Source of the DNA: Azolla caroliniana
Taxonomy: Eukaryota > Plantae > Polypodiophyta
Direction: 5' to 3'
Assembly: GCA_043228905.1 (NCBI GenBank)
Contig: JBHGNT010000005.1
Span: forward strand, 16,306,001 to 16,370,000
Length of the DNA: 64,000 bases
In this document: piece by piece, positions 1 through 13,300 of the stretch
Numbering within the stretch: position 1 is the first letter of the stretch
Layout of the letters: the number at the start of each line of letters is the position of its first letter
Program-made: the position numbers and the translations under genes
The notes under the pieces: generated by a model
Told to the model about the DNA's origin: nothing
The model's input: the letters and a program-made list of their open reading frames with translations, nothing else
The model's database searches: none

Positions 1-2280
1 CGAAGCTCCGAAACGGAGATACCCTCTAAGAGAGAGAAGGCCCCCCCGGAGATTTCCGGAACCAGAGCACGTGTTGCTAACCGACGAGGGGGAGCCGGAG
101 AGCTTTGAAGAAGCGAAGCATGACACCCAGAGCCGCAGGTGGTTGAGTGCCATGCAGGACGAGATGGATTCCCTGCATGAGAACCACACATATGAACTTG
201 TGGAGTTGCCGAAAGGAAAGCGGGCACTTCGAAACAAGTGGGTGTTCAAGCTGAAACCGGGAGATGCCGGAAACCCCCCGAGATACAAAGCCAGGATCGT
301 GGTGAAGGGGTTTCAGCAGAAGAAGGGCGTCGACTTCGACGAGATATTTGCCCCGGTAGTGAAGATGACCTCCATCCGGACGGTGCTGAGCATAGCGGCA
401 AGCATGGACCTCGAGGTAGAACAGATGGACGTGAAGACGGCATTCCTTCACGGTGACCTCGATGAAGAGATCTACATGCAGCAACCGGAAGGATTCGAGA
501 AGAAAGGGAAGGAGCACCTGGTATGCCGATTGAAGAAGAGCCTTTACGGACTGAAGCAGGCTCCCCGGCAATGGTACCGAAAGTTCGACTCCTTCATGAC
601 CGACGAAGGGTACCTCAAAACGCAGTCCGACCACTGCGTGTTTGTGAAGAAGTTCGAAGGAGGAGACTTTCTAATACTCCTCCTGTACGTGGACGACATG
701 TTGATCGTCGGACGGGACCAGGTCAAGATACGGATGCTGAAGAAGGCTCTTCACCGAACCTTCTCAATGAAGGACCTGGGTCCGGCGAGACAAATACTAG
801 GGATGCACATCATCCGGGACCGGAAGAAGAAGCAGTTGTGGCTGTCACAGGAGAAGTACGTGACGAAGGTGCTTCACCGGTTCAACATGTCGGAAGCAAG
901 ACCGGTCGGATCGACCCTCCCAGCAAACTGCAAGCTGTCCAGCAAGCAAAGTCCCAAGACAAAGGCTGAAAAGGAGGATATGATGAAAGTGCCGTATGCC
1001 TCAGCCGTCGGGAGCTTGATGTACGCCATGGTGTGTACGAGACCGGACATAGGATATGCAGTCGGAGTGGTGAGCCGGTACATGAGCAATCCCGGCAAAG
1101 AGCATTGGAACGCGGCCAAGTGGATACTCCGATACCTGAAGGGCACGGCAAACGTGTGCTTCCGATTCGGCTCCGGTAAGCCCGAACTCGACGGCTTCAC
1201 CGATTCGGATATGTCGGCTGATGCAGATACCAGCCGGTCCACATCAGGGTATGTGATGACGTATGCAGGGGGAGCTGTTTCGTGGCAGTCGAGGCTGCAG
1301 AAGACGGTTGTGTTGTCAACCACGGAGGCGGAGTACATGGCAGCTGTTGAAGCCGGCAAGGAAATAATATGGATGAAGGACTTCATTAGAGAGCCCGGTA
1401 TCCGGCAGGAGGAGTACCGACTCTACTGCGACAGTCAGAGTGCAATCCACCTTGCGAAGAACGCGGCCTATCACTCCCGGACGAAGCACATCCAGCGAAG
1501 ATATCACTGGATCCGGGAAAGGATAGAAGACAAGGAGTTCGTGCTGACAAAGATCCACACGGACGAGAACGGGTCGGATATGCTGACCAAGGTGCTCACA
1601 CCCGACAAGCTGGAAGCATGCCGGAAGAGGATCGGATTGGAAAGACATCCCATGCCGAAGTGAAGGGGGAGTTTGTTGGAATTACGGTCCCTTCGGATGG
1701 GATGGTCGGATGTCGGAGATGAATGCCGACAAGCCCGGTTTCGGTTTCGGAACCGGATGAGGAAGACCCCGACTTCGGAGTCGGATGACGAATGTACCCG
1801 GAGAGCGATCCGAATGCAGGGACATATCCGTGAATATGTCTGCTATGGGCCCCTGAGGCTATAGTTGTAAATAGCCCCAAAGTCATATATGTATAAATAT
1901 GACTTAGGGCAAACTGTTTTAGTGTTGCTTATCATTTTTCTGTTTTTCCACTCAAGAGGAGTGAAGAGGAAGCAGCCGTGAGAGAGAGAGAGATAGAGCG
2001 CGAGAGAGGAAGAGGACGACGCCTCTGTGTATTTCCGCCGCCTGTGGCGAGGACAGCGAGCTCAAGGTCGTCGCCTTGGAGCTCGCCATTGTATACTTCT
2101 CTTTGTATAGTGTTGTTTGGAGTCTTGTACTCCCGTGGTTTTTCCCATCTAGGGTTTTCCACGTTAATCCCTGTGTACTCGTGTGTTTCTCTCTTTGGTT
2201 CCTATTTTCTGCTGCATTGATCCGCGATTACTCGGTTGTGGCCGAGCGGTGAAGGTGAATCGAAGCGTCGATTCCCAACA
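1..2280 (+). mobile_element. Ty1/copia LTR retrotransposon A, 3' part (RT-RNase H, PPT, 3' LTR 1674..2280)
   Basis: ORF 71..1663 is uninterrupted and has KARIVVKG, QMDVKTAFLHG, LLYVDDML, SSTTEAEY-like and SRTKHI motifs. PPT GAAGGGGGAG at 1662..1671. LTR runs TGTTGG (1674) to CCAACA (2280) and abuts a Gypsy integrase. Confidence 0.95.
71..1663 (+). CDS. Copia pol: reverse transcriptase + RNase H (5' part outside the window)
   Basis: Canonical copia RT (YVDD) and RNase H motifs in a 530-aa stop-free frame. Confidence 0.95.
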   Translation: MLLTDEGEPESFEEAKHDTQSRRWLSAMQDEMDSLHENHTYELVELPKGKRALRNKWVFKLKPGDAGNPPRYKARIVVKGFQQKKGVDFDEIFAPVVKMTSIRTVLSIAASMDLEVEQMDVKTAFLHGDLDEEIYMQQPEGFEKKGKEHLVCRLKKSLYGLKQAPRQWYRKFDSFMTDEGYLKTQSDHCVFVKKFEGGDFLILLLYVDDMLIVGRDQVKIRMLKKALHRTFSMKDLGPARQILGMHIIRDRKKKQLWLSQEKYVTKVLHRFNMSEARPVGSTLPANCKLSSKQSPKTKAEKEDMMKVPYASAVGSLMYAMVCTRPDIGYAVGVVSRYMSNPGKEHWNAAKWILRYLKGTANVCFRFGSGKPELDGFTDSDMSADADTSRSTSGYVMTYAGGAVSWQSRLQKTVVLSTTEAEYMAAVEAGKEIIWMKDFIREPGIRQEEYRLYCDSQSAIHLAKNAAYHSRTKHIQRRYHWIRERIEDKEFVLTKIHTDENGSDMLTKVLTPDKLEACRKRIGLERHPMPK

Positions 2281-5200
2281 CTAGCGTAGTGTCTGCAGAC
2301 GATTCCTAGGTGGGCCTCTTGGAGGATGGCCTTCTTTTCGAATTGTTGAATGGCCCGACGCCATATTCCGTCCAAGCCTTTGTGATAGAGGATGTCAGAA
2401 ACTAGACAAAAGTTGCGGCTACGTACTGCTAGTCGTTTCCGACATCAAGGGCCATGTGGTCGGGAGGCAAGCCCGTACTAAGGAAATGGGTCATCTCCGT
2501 GATCCATTCATCTTCTTTGTCGTCTGGCAGCATTGTGAGATGAAATAAGCCAGCATCGGGGAAATTGTCATACGTGGGCTCGACAGGGTCTCCTGACTCG
2601 AGGCGGCTTAGGTAGTCAGCGACGGCGTGTTGGAATCCGGGTCGATGCTGTATATGAAAATCAAACTCTTGTAATAGGAGCATCCATTGAGCCAGTCGAC
2701 CTGTCAGGGCTTGTTTATTGACCAGGTAAAGGAGGGTCGAGTGATCGACGTGAAATGTGAATTTTCGGCCTAAGACGTAATGCCGAAATTTACTAATGTT
2801 GTAGATCATACCGAGGGCCTCCCGTTCGGTGGTTGAATAGTTCTTTTCCGCGGCCGAGAGACGTCGGCTAGCATAATACACTGGCCGATACCAATTTGGG
2901 GGCGTGCATTGCATCAGTGCGCTCTCGATGGCAATATCTGATGCGTCCACGAAGACGTGAAAAGGTTCTAACCATCTTTCAATTCTTGGTAAGACTCATC
3001 CTCGATTGAAGTTCATTGAAAGGGAAGTCGATGCACCGTTGCGTGTAGTGTTGTCGTGAAATTGGCCAGGTGGCGTATCATCCGGCTGTGCCATCTGATT
3101 TGTCCCAGAAATCAGCTGAGGCCTTTTGCGTTCGAGGGTGCGGGGGCGTGTAGGATGGCTTGTACTTTATCCGGGTCCATGGTGATACCTTCTTGACTGA
3201 CGATGTGCCCGAGTAGGTTGCCGCTTGTGACCAAGAACACGCATTTTGCCGGGTTTAAACTTAACTGAGCCTGGCGACATTGATCAAGACAGAGACGTAA
3301 CTAGGTCATGTGTTCCAATCGCTGACCATATACGACGAAGTCATCGAGAAATACTTGCATGAACGTTGGGATATACTCGTTAAAAATTTCAGTGATGATG
3401 CGCTGGAACGTGGCCGACGTTGTTTTTAAACCAAACATCATTACTTCTGCCACAAACACAGTGACCCCATTTCATGACAAATGTTGTTTTCTCCTGATCA
3501 TCCGGGTGCATTCTGATTTGGTTGTACCCACTGAACCCGTCTAGAAAGCTGTAGCATTCGTGACCTGCCACCGTGTTGAGAACATTATCCGTGAACGGGA
3601 GAGGGAATCCATCCATGACCGTTGCAACATTAAGCTTGCGGTAGTCGACACAGACTTGGATTTTCTCGTTTTTCTTAGGGACGACTACGATTGGGCTTAA
3701 CCATGTGGTGCGTTTTACAGGTCGTATGAACCCGACTCGAAGGAGCTTGTCTATTTCTTCCTTAACCTTAGCCGCATAATTGGGGTTCATCCGGTATCGT
3801 TGTTGTTGAACCAGTCAAGTGTCCGGGAGAAGATGGATCTGGTGTTGGTAGTATTGTGGGTCCAAACCCTTCATATCCGTGTAAGACCATGCGAATACAT
3901 CCTGGTAATCAGTGAGTAAGTGTATGAGGGCTGCTCATTTGCCGGCTGGTAAGTTATTAGCAATCTGTAGGGTGCGAGGGTTCTCATCCAAACCGAGGTT
4001 CAGTGTTTTGAGCGTTGATGCCTTCACTCGTTGGGAAATGGCGAGTTCACGTTCAAAAGCGTCCCGAACGTGTCGTAATTCGGCAATGGTGGTGGGAATG
4101 GGCTCATCCTGGGGAGGTGTATTCACCGTGACCTCCTCGTCTAGAGATGTGCCGGCAGCCGGCATGGCGTTTATTTCGAAGAGAGGTATGATAGTGGGAT
4201 GGTCTTCTAGGAAGTCATCCACCTCGTCATCGGCTAATCCGTCGAGCATGTGCACCCCTTCCGCGTATAACGGCGAGGTGTTGTGGGGCGTGGTTACACG
4301 TTCTTCGGTTATGATCCTCACCTTGGTCTTTCCTCGGCGAAACGAGATCATGTTGTGCTGCCAATGTTGTTTGATATTTGCTGTGCGCAACCATGGTCTG
4401 CCCAGTAACATTGGGTAAGCCCCTTGTGCTTCGAGTCGTAAGACAACGGTCGAGATAGTGAACATGTGGCCTCCTAGAGTAATGTCGAGGTGGCAGATTA
4501 ATCCGATCGGACAAACTGATCGTGTGTCGGCCATCTAAAGCCAAAAGGGGCAAGGTTCCCATTGATTCAGGCCGAGTTTATGACAAGTAGCCTCACTGAT
4601 GACATTTACGCAAGAGTCGCCGTCGATTATGCACCCATGCAGGTCCCTTCCTTTAATCATAATTTTTATGGCTGGATTCTGTGCATCCATGAGGGGTGGA
4701 CCTGGTCCTATCTCGGTCAAGTGCACAGGTGGCGCGGTGGAATGGGTGTTGGCCGTGAGTGTAGCCAAGGTGTCCCAAAACCGCGGCATGAGCGGTAAGA
4801 GTTTATGCAGAGGCAGGCAGATCCTGGAACTGGTAAGGGCGTCCCACAACTGGTCATCTTTTGTCGCCGTGAATGGTGCCGAGGACTGTGTTACTCCGAT
4901 GGTCTCCTCTCCCATTTTTGTTTGCATCCGCACCACATTGTTTTTGTTGGCCGTATCCATCCATTCTTTGGCTGCTTGCCGGACTTCATCTTGTACTTAC
5001 CATGGGGTAGCCTGGGCTTTGCTACATGTTGTGACGTTTTGCACGTCGGCCATAATACTATTCACGACAGGAGCCTTTCCACGGTCTGTTGTTGGGCATT
5101 GCGTAGCGTAGTGACCGGGTTGGTTGCACTTGAAGCAGGTAATGGCTGTCGAGTTGCTGGTGCCAGCCCGATCTGTGTGTGTGGGGGGGTGCGGTTGATT

Positions 5201-6902
5201 CCCGGCCTCGTGTGTTGGTGGGTTGGTCTAGGGCCCGTTCGAGCTGCACGGTTCATTTTGGGGGGGTCCTGATGACGGTTGTCGTTATTCCTTCTGTTGT
5301 TGCACGATCCTCAGTGAGAGTTGCGCCGATCATTATGGGAATTTCGCTGATTGTATCGGTCCTCCCGATCATCTTCATTCCGATCATAATCGTTGTTTTC
5401 CCGGTACTGGTCATCGTGATAGCGATCACGGCGGTCGTCCGATCTCCGTCGGTTGTCGTTTCGGTTCGGTTGTCGTTTCGGTAATGGTCGTCGTCCCGAT
5501 GGTAATCGGGGTCGTTGGTTACCCTGGTTCCGATAGGATTGTCGCTCGTCCTGACGAGAGTATGTATCCCTGGGCTCGATCTGGCGAACCGGGGCCGTCG
5601 TTCTGCGGTTGAGCATATTGTATTCACAGTGCTCGACAGTGTGGGATTGGGACTGGCAGATCGGACACTGTGGTCGGTGAGAACATTCGAGGGCCATATG
5701 GCTCGATCCTGAGCAAACTGTGTATTGGAGGGTGTGGCGGAAGTGATTATCCTCCTGGGGAAGGGCGCTTTGCAGTGAACTCAGAGAGAAAGTCGTGCTT
5801 TGCTGAGTCTGATCGAGGGCAAGGACACACGCTATGACTTGCTCGATCGTTTGGTTGTCAAAATTAGTAAGTGTGAGAGTCGTCCATAGAGGCTCCTGTA
5901 GGCTGGACAGGAATGCATCCGGAATGTGTTGTGCAGATACATCGTCGGCCACTTGTCTGTAGAGATCCCGGAACCAGATCGTGAACTGTGCGACCGTCTC
6001 GTGCGGTTCTTGTCGCATGGAAAAGAACTACCGGAGCAATTCTCGTTTGGGCACCTCGCAATGGAACAGTTCTAGGAACTGCGTGCGAACGTCATGGAAG
6101 GTGATGAACTCCCTTGTGTCGAGGCCAAAATACCATCGCGCAGCTGGTCCATCGAGGGATAGTGTAAATTCGGCAATTCTTGAGGCCTCCATTTCGGTAG
6201 GCGAGAGTCGCTGTGTTGAGTGGTTGGCCTGCCAGGTGGACACGAAGGCACGGATGTGCGACTCTGCGTCGGGGTTGTCGGTGTATCGTGGGTAAGGATA
6301 CAACATGGTATCGAATTCAGGGTCTTCCTGTAAAACCGGAAAAGGGTTAGGGTCAGGGTGGGCGACCTCTGGATGGCTTAGTGGAGAGGTTGGTGTGGAC
6401 TCAACTCGCAACCGAGTAGCAGGTGGTGAGGATTGCAACCGGTGAGCCTCCGATATTTTGTGGAAAGACTAGTCCGTGACCGCTGAGTCGGAAGTTCCTT
6501 CGATTGGCTCAGGGTGTCGGCTAGATGGCCGAGACCGCTTGGTGCGATTGGGCGCCGTAATAGCGACTGAAGGTTGTCTTCAACGTAGTTCGTTGTGATC
6601 TCACAGCTGTAACCGGGCATGCCAAATTGTGTTAATTGTTCTGTTGGAAATACCTTCGATATGCCTACAAGCTATCGGTATCAAGGGAAGTGTAACGTGA
6701 AGACTTGTGCACGGAGGTGTCATTAGGGGAAGAACACGGCGAGCATACCCGGAATAGAGCCCGGGTTGTATACGTAGTTGAGACCTTAGAAATGACGGTA
6801 CACAGATGAAACAACAAGAGCTAATAGATATGTATTACTGCAACAGTTAGCGATGATTACACAAACACGGCCCACGGCATAAGAGGTGAATACCTCGATT
6901 GT
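2281..6902 (-). mobile_element. Degenerate non-chromoviral Ty3/gypsy element, copy 1 (gag, PR, RT, RH, start of INT; partial 5' LTR 6630..6902)
   Basis: Fragmented ORFs: gag 6028..6438 and 5311..6018, PR (IIDGDS) 4535..4960, RT (MNPNYAAKVKEEIDKLL..FLDGFSGYNQI) 3389..3790, RH 2429..2950. PBS-like TGGCATGCCCGGT on - at about 6612..6624. Both ends cut by copia insertions. Confidence 0.9.
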
Positions 6903-9900
6903 TGTTGGGAAACATGTCCCTCCGGATGGGAAGAGAAGGACCGTGTTGCTGAGTATCTCGGCCGAGGCCGAGGCTGAAACTGAAACCAAAACTGAAAATC
7001 GAAATCGTTTCGGAACACTATAATTGTAAATAGTCTAAAATGCCCCTTGTGGGCTAAACTTGTAAATAGCCAAAAAGTTGCTTTTGTTTATAAACAACTA
7101 GGGCAAACTATTAGAGTATGATAGTTGATCATTATTAAAAAAATTGAACGAGGTAGTTGCCTCTATAACAGTGAGTGAGAGAGTGAGAGTGTAACTCTGT
7201 AGCCGTCTGTCAGATGAAGGAGAACTTGAGGTCGTTGCCTCCGAGTTCCATATTTGTACTTCCTCTCTACTATAGAGATCTATTTTCTTGGGGTTTGTGG
7301 ACCCCTGTGGTTTTTCCCATTTCGGGTTTTCAACGTAAAATATCGGTGTCTCTATGTCTTTACGTTTTTCTGTCTGTGTACAAATTCTTGTTCTCTACAT
7401 ACTAATACGAACGTGAAACTGGTTGTGACCGGTTGATTTCTAACAAAGTGGTATTAGAGCGATGGAAGACTCGTTCGGCAACATGTTTAAGCTAACCGAC
7501 TACAACTACTCAATGTGGAAGTTGAAGATGAGAGACATGCTCATGTGCAAAGACCTTTGGTTGCCGGTGCAGTTCAAAGACAAAAGACCAGACAAGATTG
7601 ACGCAATGACTTGGGAAGTGTTGCATCTGAAGGCGGCCGCATATATAAGGTGTTTTATAGACATGAGCCTATACAAAAACTTCTGCGAAGAAACAAAAGC
7701 AGACGTCCTATGGAAGAAGATCAACGTCATGTTCGAAAACAAGAACGTCGTGAACCGAGTCTCATTATTTCGAAAAATCGTGAGGCTCCGGTATCAGGAT
7801 GGCTCCAACTTGGCGGAGCCCATCAATGCCTTCCAAGGATTGATGAACCAAACCACCTCTCTAGAAGTACCTCTGGGCAACGAGGTATTAGCATTGTTGT
7901 TGTTGGGATCCCCTCCGGAAAGTTGGGAAAAGCTGGTTGTCACGTTGGGCAACGCAAGACCGGAAGGGAAACATCTATCCATAGAGTTGGTGAAGTCGAA
8001 CTTGCTGAATGAAGAAGCTTGCCGGAAGGACCGAGAGTCCAATACCGACCAGAAGGCCTTCGTCACGGAAGGTGACACGAGTCGGGAAGAGGCCGAAATC
8101 GAAGTCCCCAGAACCGAGATAACTCGGGGACCAGGTCCAAGTTGAGGGGGAGGCCCACTTGCTTCTATTGTGGGAAGCCGAGGCACTTCCAGAAAAACTG
8201 CCGACACTTTCGAAAGCCGGAGATCTCATCCTACAAAGCCGGAGATCTCGGGTTCGTAAAGATGGGAAATGAAGGAGCATGCCGAATCGTCGGCATTGGA
8301 GATGTGTGTTTGGAAACCTCAACCGGGTGCAGACTCGTGTTGAGAGATGTACGACACGTTATGGAGGTTCGATTGAACCTAATATCAGCCGGTCGAGTAG
8401 ATGAGGAAGGCTACACGGGTAGCATCCGAAACGGTGTCATGAAGTGCTGCCGAGGAAGTTTCATTGTGGCTCGAGCTCGAAAAACCAACACACTGTACCT
8501 AATGAATGCTTGAATATGCCGAGGGGAAGCAAATGTGGCAGCCGACACGGTGTGAATTGTGGCATAGGAGGTTGTGTCATATGAGCCAGAAGGGGATATG
8601 AAAGCTTGCCGGGGACAACCTCATCCGTGAGGTGAAGAACGTGCAACTTGAGAAGTGCACGTATTGTTTGGCCGGTAAGCAAAACCAAACATCCTTCCGA
8701 GCAAGGCCCCCGATGAGGAAGAAAATGATGCTAGAACTCGTGCATACGGACGTATGCTATATGGACATGAAGTCGCACGGTGGTTCACAGTATTTTGTGA
8801 CCTTCATTGATGACTATAGTCGGAAGTTGTGGGTTTCCATGCTGAAGACGAAGGATCAAGTGTTATCTGTCTTCAAAGAGTTCCAAGTGAGGGCCGAGAG
8901 AGAAACCGGCCGAATACTGAAGGCAGTCCGAGCGGATAATGGCGGAGAGTATTGTGGACCGTTCGAGGAATACTACCAAATAAAGGAATCCGGCTCGAGT
9001 ATACCATGCCGAAGACTCCAGAGCTTAATGGGTTGGCCAAGAGAATTAACCGGACCGTAATGGAAAGGGTCCGAAGTATGCTTGCACATGCTAAGTTACC
9101 GAAGACGTTCTGGGCTGAGGCGTTGATGACGGTAGCGTACGTGCTAAACCGATCACCCTCAGTACCCTTGGACGGTGACATTCCACAAAGGATGTAGAGT
9201 GGCAAAGACGTATTGTACCGACATTTGAGGGTGTTCGCATATCTTTCTTATGTGCATGTGGCACAGGACTAGAAGGGGAAGTTGGACCCGAAATCTCGAC
9301 CATGCATATTTCTCGGCTAAGGCAATGATGAATTTGGCTATCATCTATGGGACTTAGCCGAGAAGAAAGTGATTAGGAGCCGTGACATTGTCTTCATGGA
9401 AGAAAAGACAATAGTTGACTGGGAGATTGAGAATAAGTCTCCAACTACCGAATCGAACCAACTCGACAGTCAGCCGAATCGAGTGGAAGCTGATTTGATC
9501 GAAATCAAATCCGAGCCAGTCGGCCGATTTAATGCTTGGCAAAATCGAGAACTGACTAAAGAATGAGGGGAAACGGCTGAACAAGGAACCGAATTCGACC
9601 CGACTGAAGAAGTCAAAGAAAAACTGACCGTGCCAAATGGAGGCCGAACATATCCCCTAAGAGAAAGGAGCCCCCCCCCCCCCCCCCCCCTAGAGATTTC
9701 CGGATGAAGAGGGTGTACTGCTAACCAATGAGGGGGAGCCGGAAAGCTTTGAAGAAGCTAAGGAAGATACCCACATCCAAAAGTGGTTGAGTGCCATGCA
9801 AGAGCAGATGGATTCCTTGCATGAGAACCACACATATGAATTGACCGAACTGCCAAGAGGAAAGAAGGCACTTCGGAATAAATGGGTATACAAGTTGAAA

Positions 9901-10367
9901 CTGGGAGATGGAGGGAATCCGCCCAGGTACAAAGCACAAATCGTCGTGAAAGGCTTTCAGCAGAAGAAGGGTGTCGATTTCGACGAAATATTTTCCCCAG
10001 TCATAAAGATGACTTCAATTCAAACTGTGCTAAGCATCGCGGCCAACATGGGCCTCGAAGTATAATAGCTGGACGTCAAGACGACATTTTTGCACGGTGA
10101 TCTTGAAGAGGAGATCTATATGCACTAGCCTGAAGGATTTGTGGAGAAAGGTAAAGAGAACCTAGTATGCTGATTGAGGAAGAGCTTGTACGGGTTGACG
10201 CAAGCTCCTCGGCAATGGTACCAAAAATTTGAATCCTTAAGGACCAACAACAGGTACCACAAAATGCAGGCAAATCACTGCATATTTGTGAAGAAATTTG
10301 ACGGAGGAGATTTCCTCATCCTTCTGTTGTACGAGGATGACACGCTGATTGTTGGACGGGACCATAC
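6903..10367 (+). mobile_element. Degenerate Ty1/copia element B (5' LTR 6903..7445, PBS, gag, INT, partial RT)
   Basis: LTR TGTTGGG...CTAACA; PBS TGGTATTAGAGC at 7449..7460 (tRNA-iMet type); gag ATG at 7462; CCHC knuckle CFYCGKPRHFQKNC; integrase HTD..FIDD..DNGGE; many stops; truncated inside RT by element C. Confidence 0.92.
9671..9690. repeat. C20 homopolymer inside copia B
   Basis: 20 consecutive C; homologous sites in copia A (41..47) and copia C (about 13427..13432) have much shorter runs. Confidence 0.95.
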
Positions 10368-13300
10368 TGTTTGGAAACAGGTCCCTCCGGATGGGAAGTG
10401 AGAAGAACAGTGTTGATGAGCAACTCGGGGATTACCCGGCAACGGAAGATCCGGTGAGAACTGGATGTGGAGTACCCGGCAACGGAAGACCCGATGAGAA
10501 CCGGATGTTGCAGGCCCGGTGAGAACCTCTCATCGGATGGAAGGGACATATATGTAAATATGTTCCAGAGAGCCCACTGGGGCTATATTTGTAAATAGCC
10601 CGAAAGTCATATTAGTATAAATATGACCTAGGGCAAACTTAATAAGTTGTATGCGATAATTATGTGTGTAACTGCGTACAGAGAAGAGAGAGAGAGAGGA
10701 AGAGGTTGTTGCCTCTGTTGTAACCGCTTGGTGGTGAAGCGAGGGAGCAGGAGGTCGTTGCCTCTATGCCCCATTGTTGTAATCTTGATATAGTGATATT
10801 TTTTGCAATCTGAGGGTTGTCGTTGTTTTTCCCATATTTGGGTTTTCCACGTTAACATCCAATGCACTCTCTTCTTTACTGTTTCGTATGTAGATACATC
10901 TCTCTACATCCCTGTTTTCTGTGGTTGATCCGACGTCTCGGTTGTGGCCGAGCATAGCTTAGGAAACCGTATTCCTATCAAATTGGTATCAGAGCGAAAC
11001 GACACAGAAAAATGGACGATTCGTTGGGAGGCATGTTCAAGCTCACCGGCTCCAACTATTCCGTGTGGAAGTCGAAGATGAGGGACATGCTCGTGGTTAA
11101 AGATCTTTGGTTTCCGGTTCAGTTCGGGGACAAGAGACCGAACAAAGCCACGATATGGGAGGTGATGCACATGAAGACAACGGCGTACATACGGTGCTTC
11201 ATCAACATGAGTCTATACAACAACTTCAATGAAGAGAGTAAGGCTCATGAGCTCTGGGAGAAGATCGACATTATGTTTCAGAACAAAAATGTTGTTAATC
11301 AGGTTTCAGTATTTCGGAAGCTAGTAAGACTCCGGTACCAAGATGGCTCCAGCATGGCGGAGCACATGAATGCCTTCCAGGGGCTGATACACCAGGTAAC
11401 ATCATTGGAAGTACCTCTCGCCAATGAGGTACTAGCACTACTCTTGCTCGGTTCCCTCCTAGATAGCTGGGAGACGTTGGTTGTCACTTTGGGCAACGCC
11501 GGGCTGGAAGGGAAACGGTTATCCCTAGCAAGAGTGAAGTCGAGCTTGCTAGATGAGGAGGTGCATTGAAAAGAGAAGGATACGAACTCTGACTCCAAAG
11601 CGCTCATTACCGAATCGGAACGCGGAAGACAAAGGAACTGTAGTCCCTTGAACCGGGAGAAGTCGGGGACAAAGTCAAAGTCAAGGGGGAGGCCTACCTG
11701 CTTCTACTGCGGCAAGCCAGGACACTTCCAGAAGAACTGTCGGCACTTCCGAAAAGACAAGGAAACCGACGGTACCGATTCAAAGCAGACACTGGACCGG
11801 AACGGTAAAGACCGGAGGGGAACGGACCGGAAGGGAACAACGGCAATCGTGGCAAGTGAAGAAGAGTTCATGCTCATCACTGAGGAGAGTGAGTTGAACC
11901 TTGCCGGCGACTAGACAACGTGGGTTGTTGATTCTGGAGCGTCGTTCCACCTTAACCCGGACCGTAAATACTTCTCATCCTACACAGTTGGTGATCACGG
12001 TTGTGTCCGGATGGGGAATGAAGGTACATGTTGAATCGTCGGCATAGGAGACGTGTGGTTGACAACACCAACCGGATGCAAGCTGCTGTTGAAGGATGTC
12101 CGACACGTTTCGGAGGTTCAACTGAACCTGATATCAGCCGATCGGCTAGATGATGAAGGCTACACGGATAACATCCCGAACGGTGTTATGAAGTTCAGCA
12201 AAGGGAGCCTGATTGTGGCTCGGGCCCGAAAGGTCAACATGTTGTACCTGATGAATGCCCGGTTATGCCCAAAAGAAGTGAACGTGGCTTCCGACACTAT
12301 CGGTGAGCTGTGGCACAAGAGGTTGTGTCACATGAGTGAGAAGGGGATGAGGAGGCTTGCAGATGACAATCTCATTCCAGTGAAGAACGTGCACTTGGAG
12401 AAGTGCACTAATTGTCTAGCCGGTAAGCAAAACCGGACCTCCTTCCGACCAAGGCCACCGATGAGACGTAATGCACCACTGGAGTTGGTGCATACTGATG
12501 TGTGTCAAGTGGACACAAAGTCACATGCCGGATCGCAGTACTTCGTGACGTTCATAGATGACCACAGTCGGAAACTGTGGGCCACACCATTGAAGACGAA
12601 GGATCAAGTGCTATCCGTCTTCAAAGAGCTCCACGCGAGAGTGGAAAGAGAAACCGGCCGGAAGCTAAAGGTGGTTCGAGCAGATAACGGAGGAGAATAC
12701 CGGGGGTAGTTCGAGGAGTACTGCCGCTCGAAGGGAATCCGGCTCGAATTTACTGTGCCGAAGACGCCGGAACTAAACGGGTTGGCCGAGAGGATGAACC
12801 GGACCATAATGGAGAGGGTCCGGAGTATGTTGGCGCATGCAAAACTACCCAAGAAGTTTTGGGTTGAGGCACTATCGACAACGACATATGTGTTAAACAG
12901 ATCACCCTCAGTACCCTTGGATGGAGACACGTCACAGAGAGTCTGGACCGGTAAGGAAGTGTCCTACCAGCATCTGAAGGTATTCGGGTGTCTTGTGTAT
13001 GTGCATGTAACTAAGCACCGGAGAGGAAAATTAGATCCGAAGACCCGACCATGCATATTCCTCGGTTACGGCGACGATGAGTTCGGCTACCAAGTGTGGG
13101 ACCTGGACGACAAGAAGGTATTCCGGAGTCGAGATATTATCTTCATGGAGGACAAGACGCTCACCGACTGGGAGTCGAAGAAGAAGATAATGAACTCCGA
13201 GTCGACCGGTAAGGATCGATTCTACGATGACCAAACCCAACCGGCAAGAGACCGGTTAGCACTCGATGAACCGGTCGGTGACGGTAAGGAGACAAGACAG

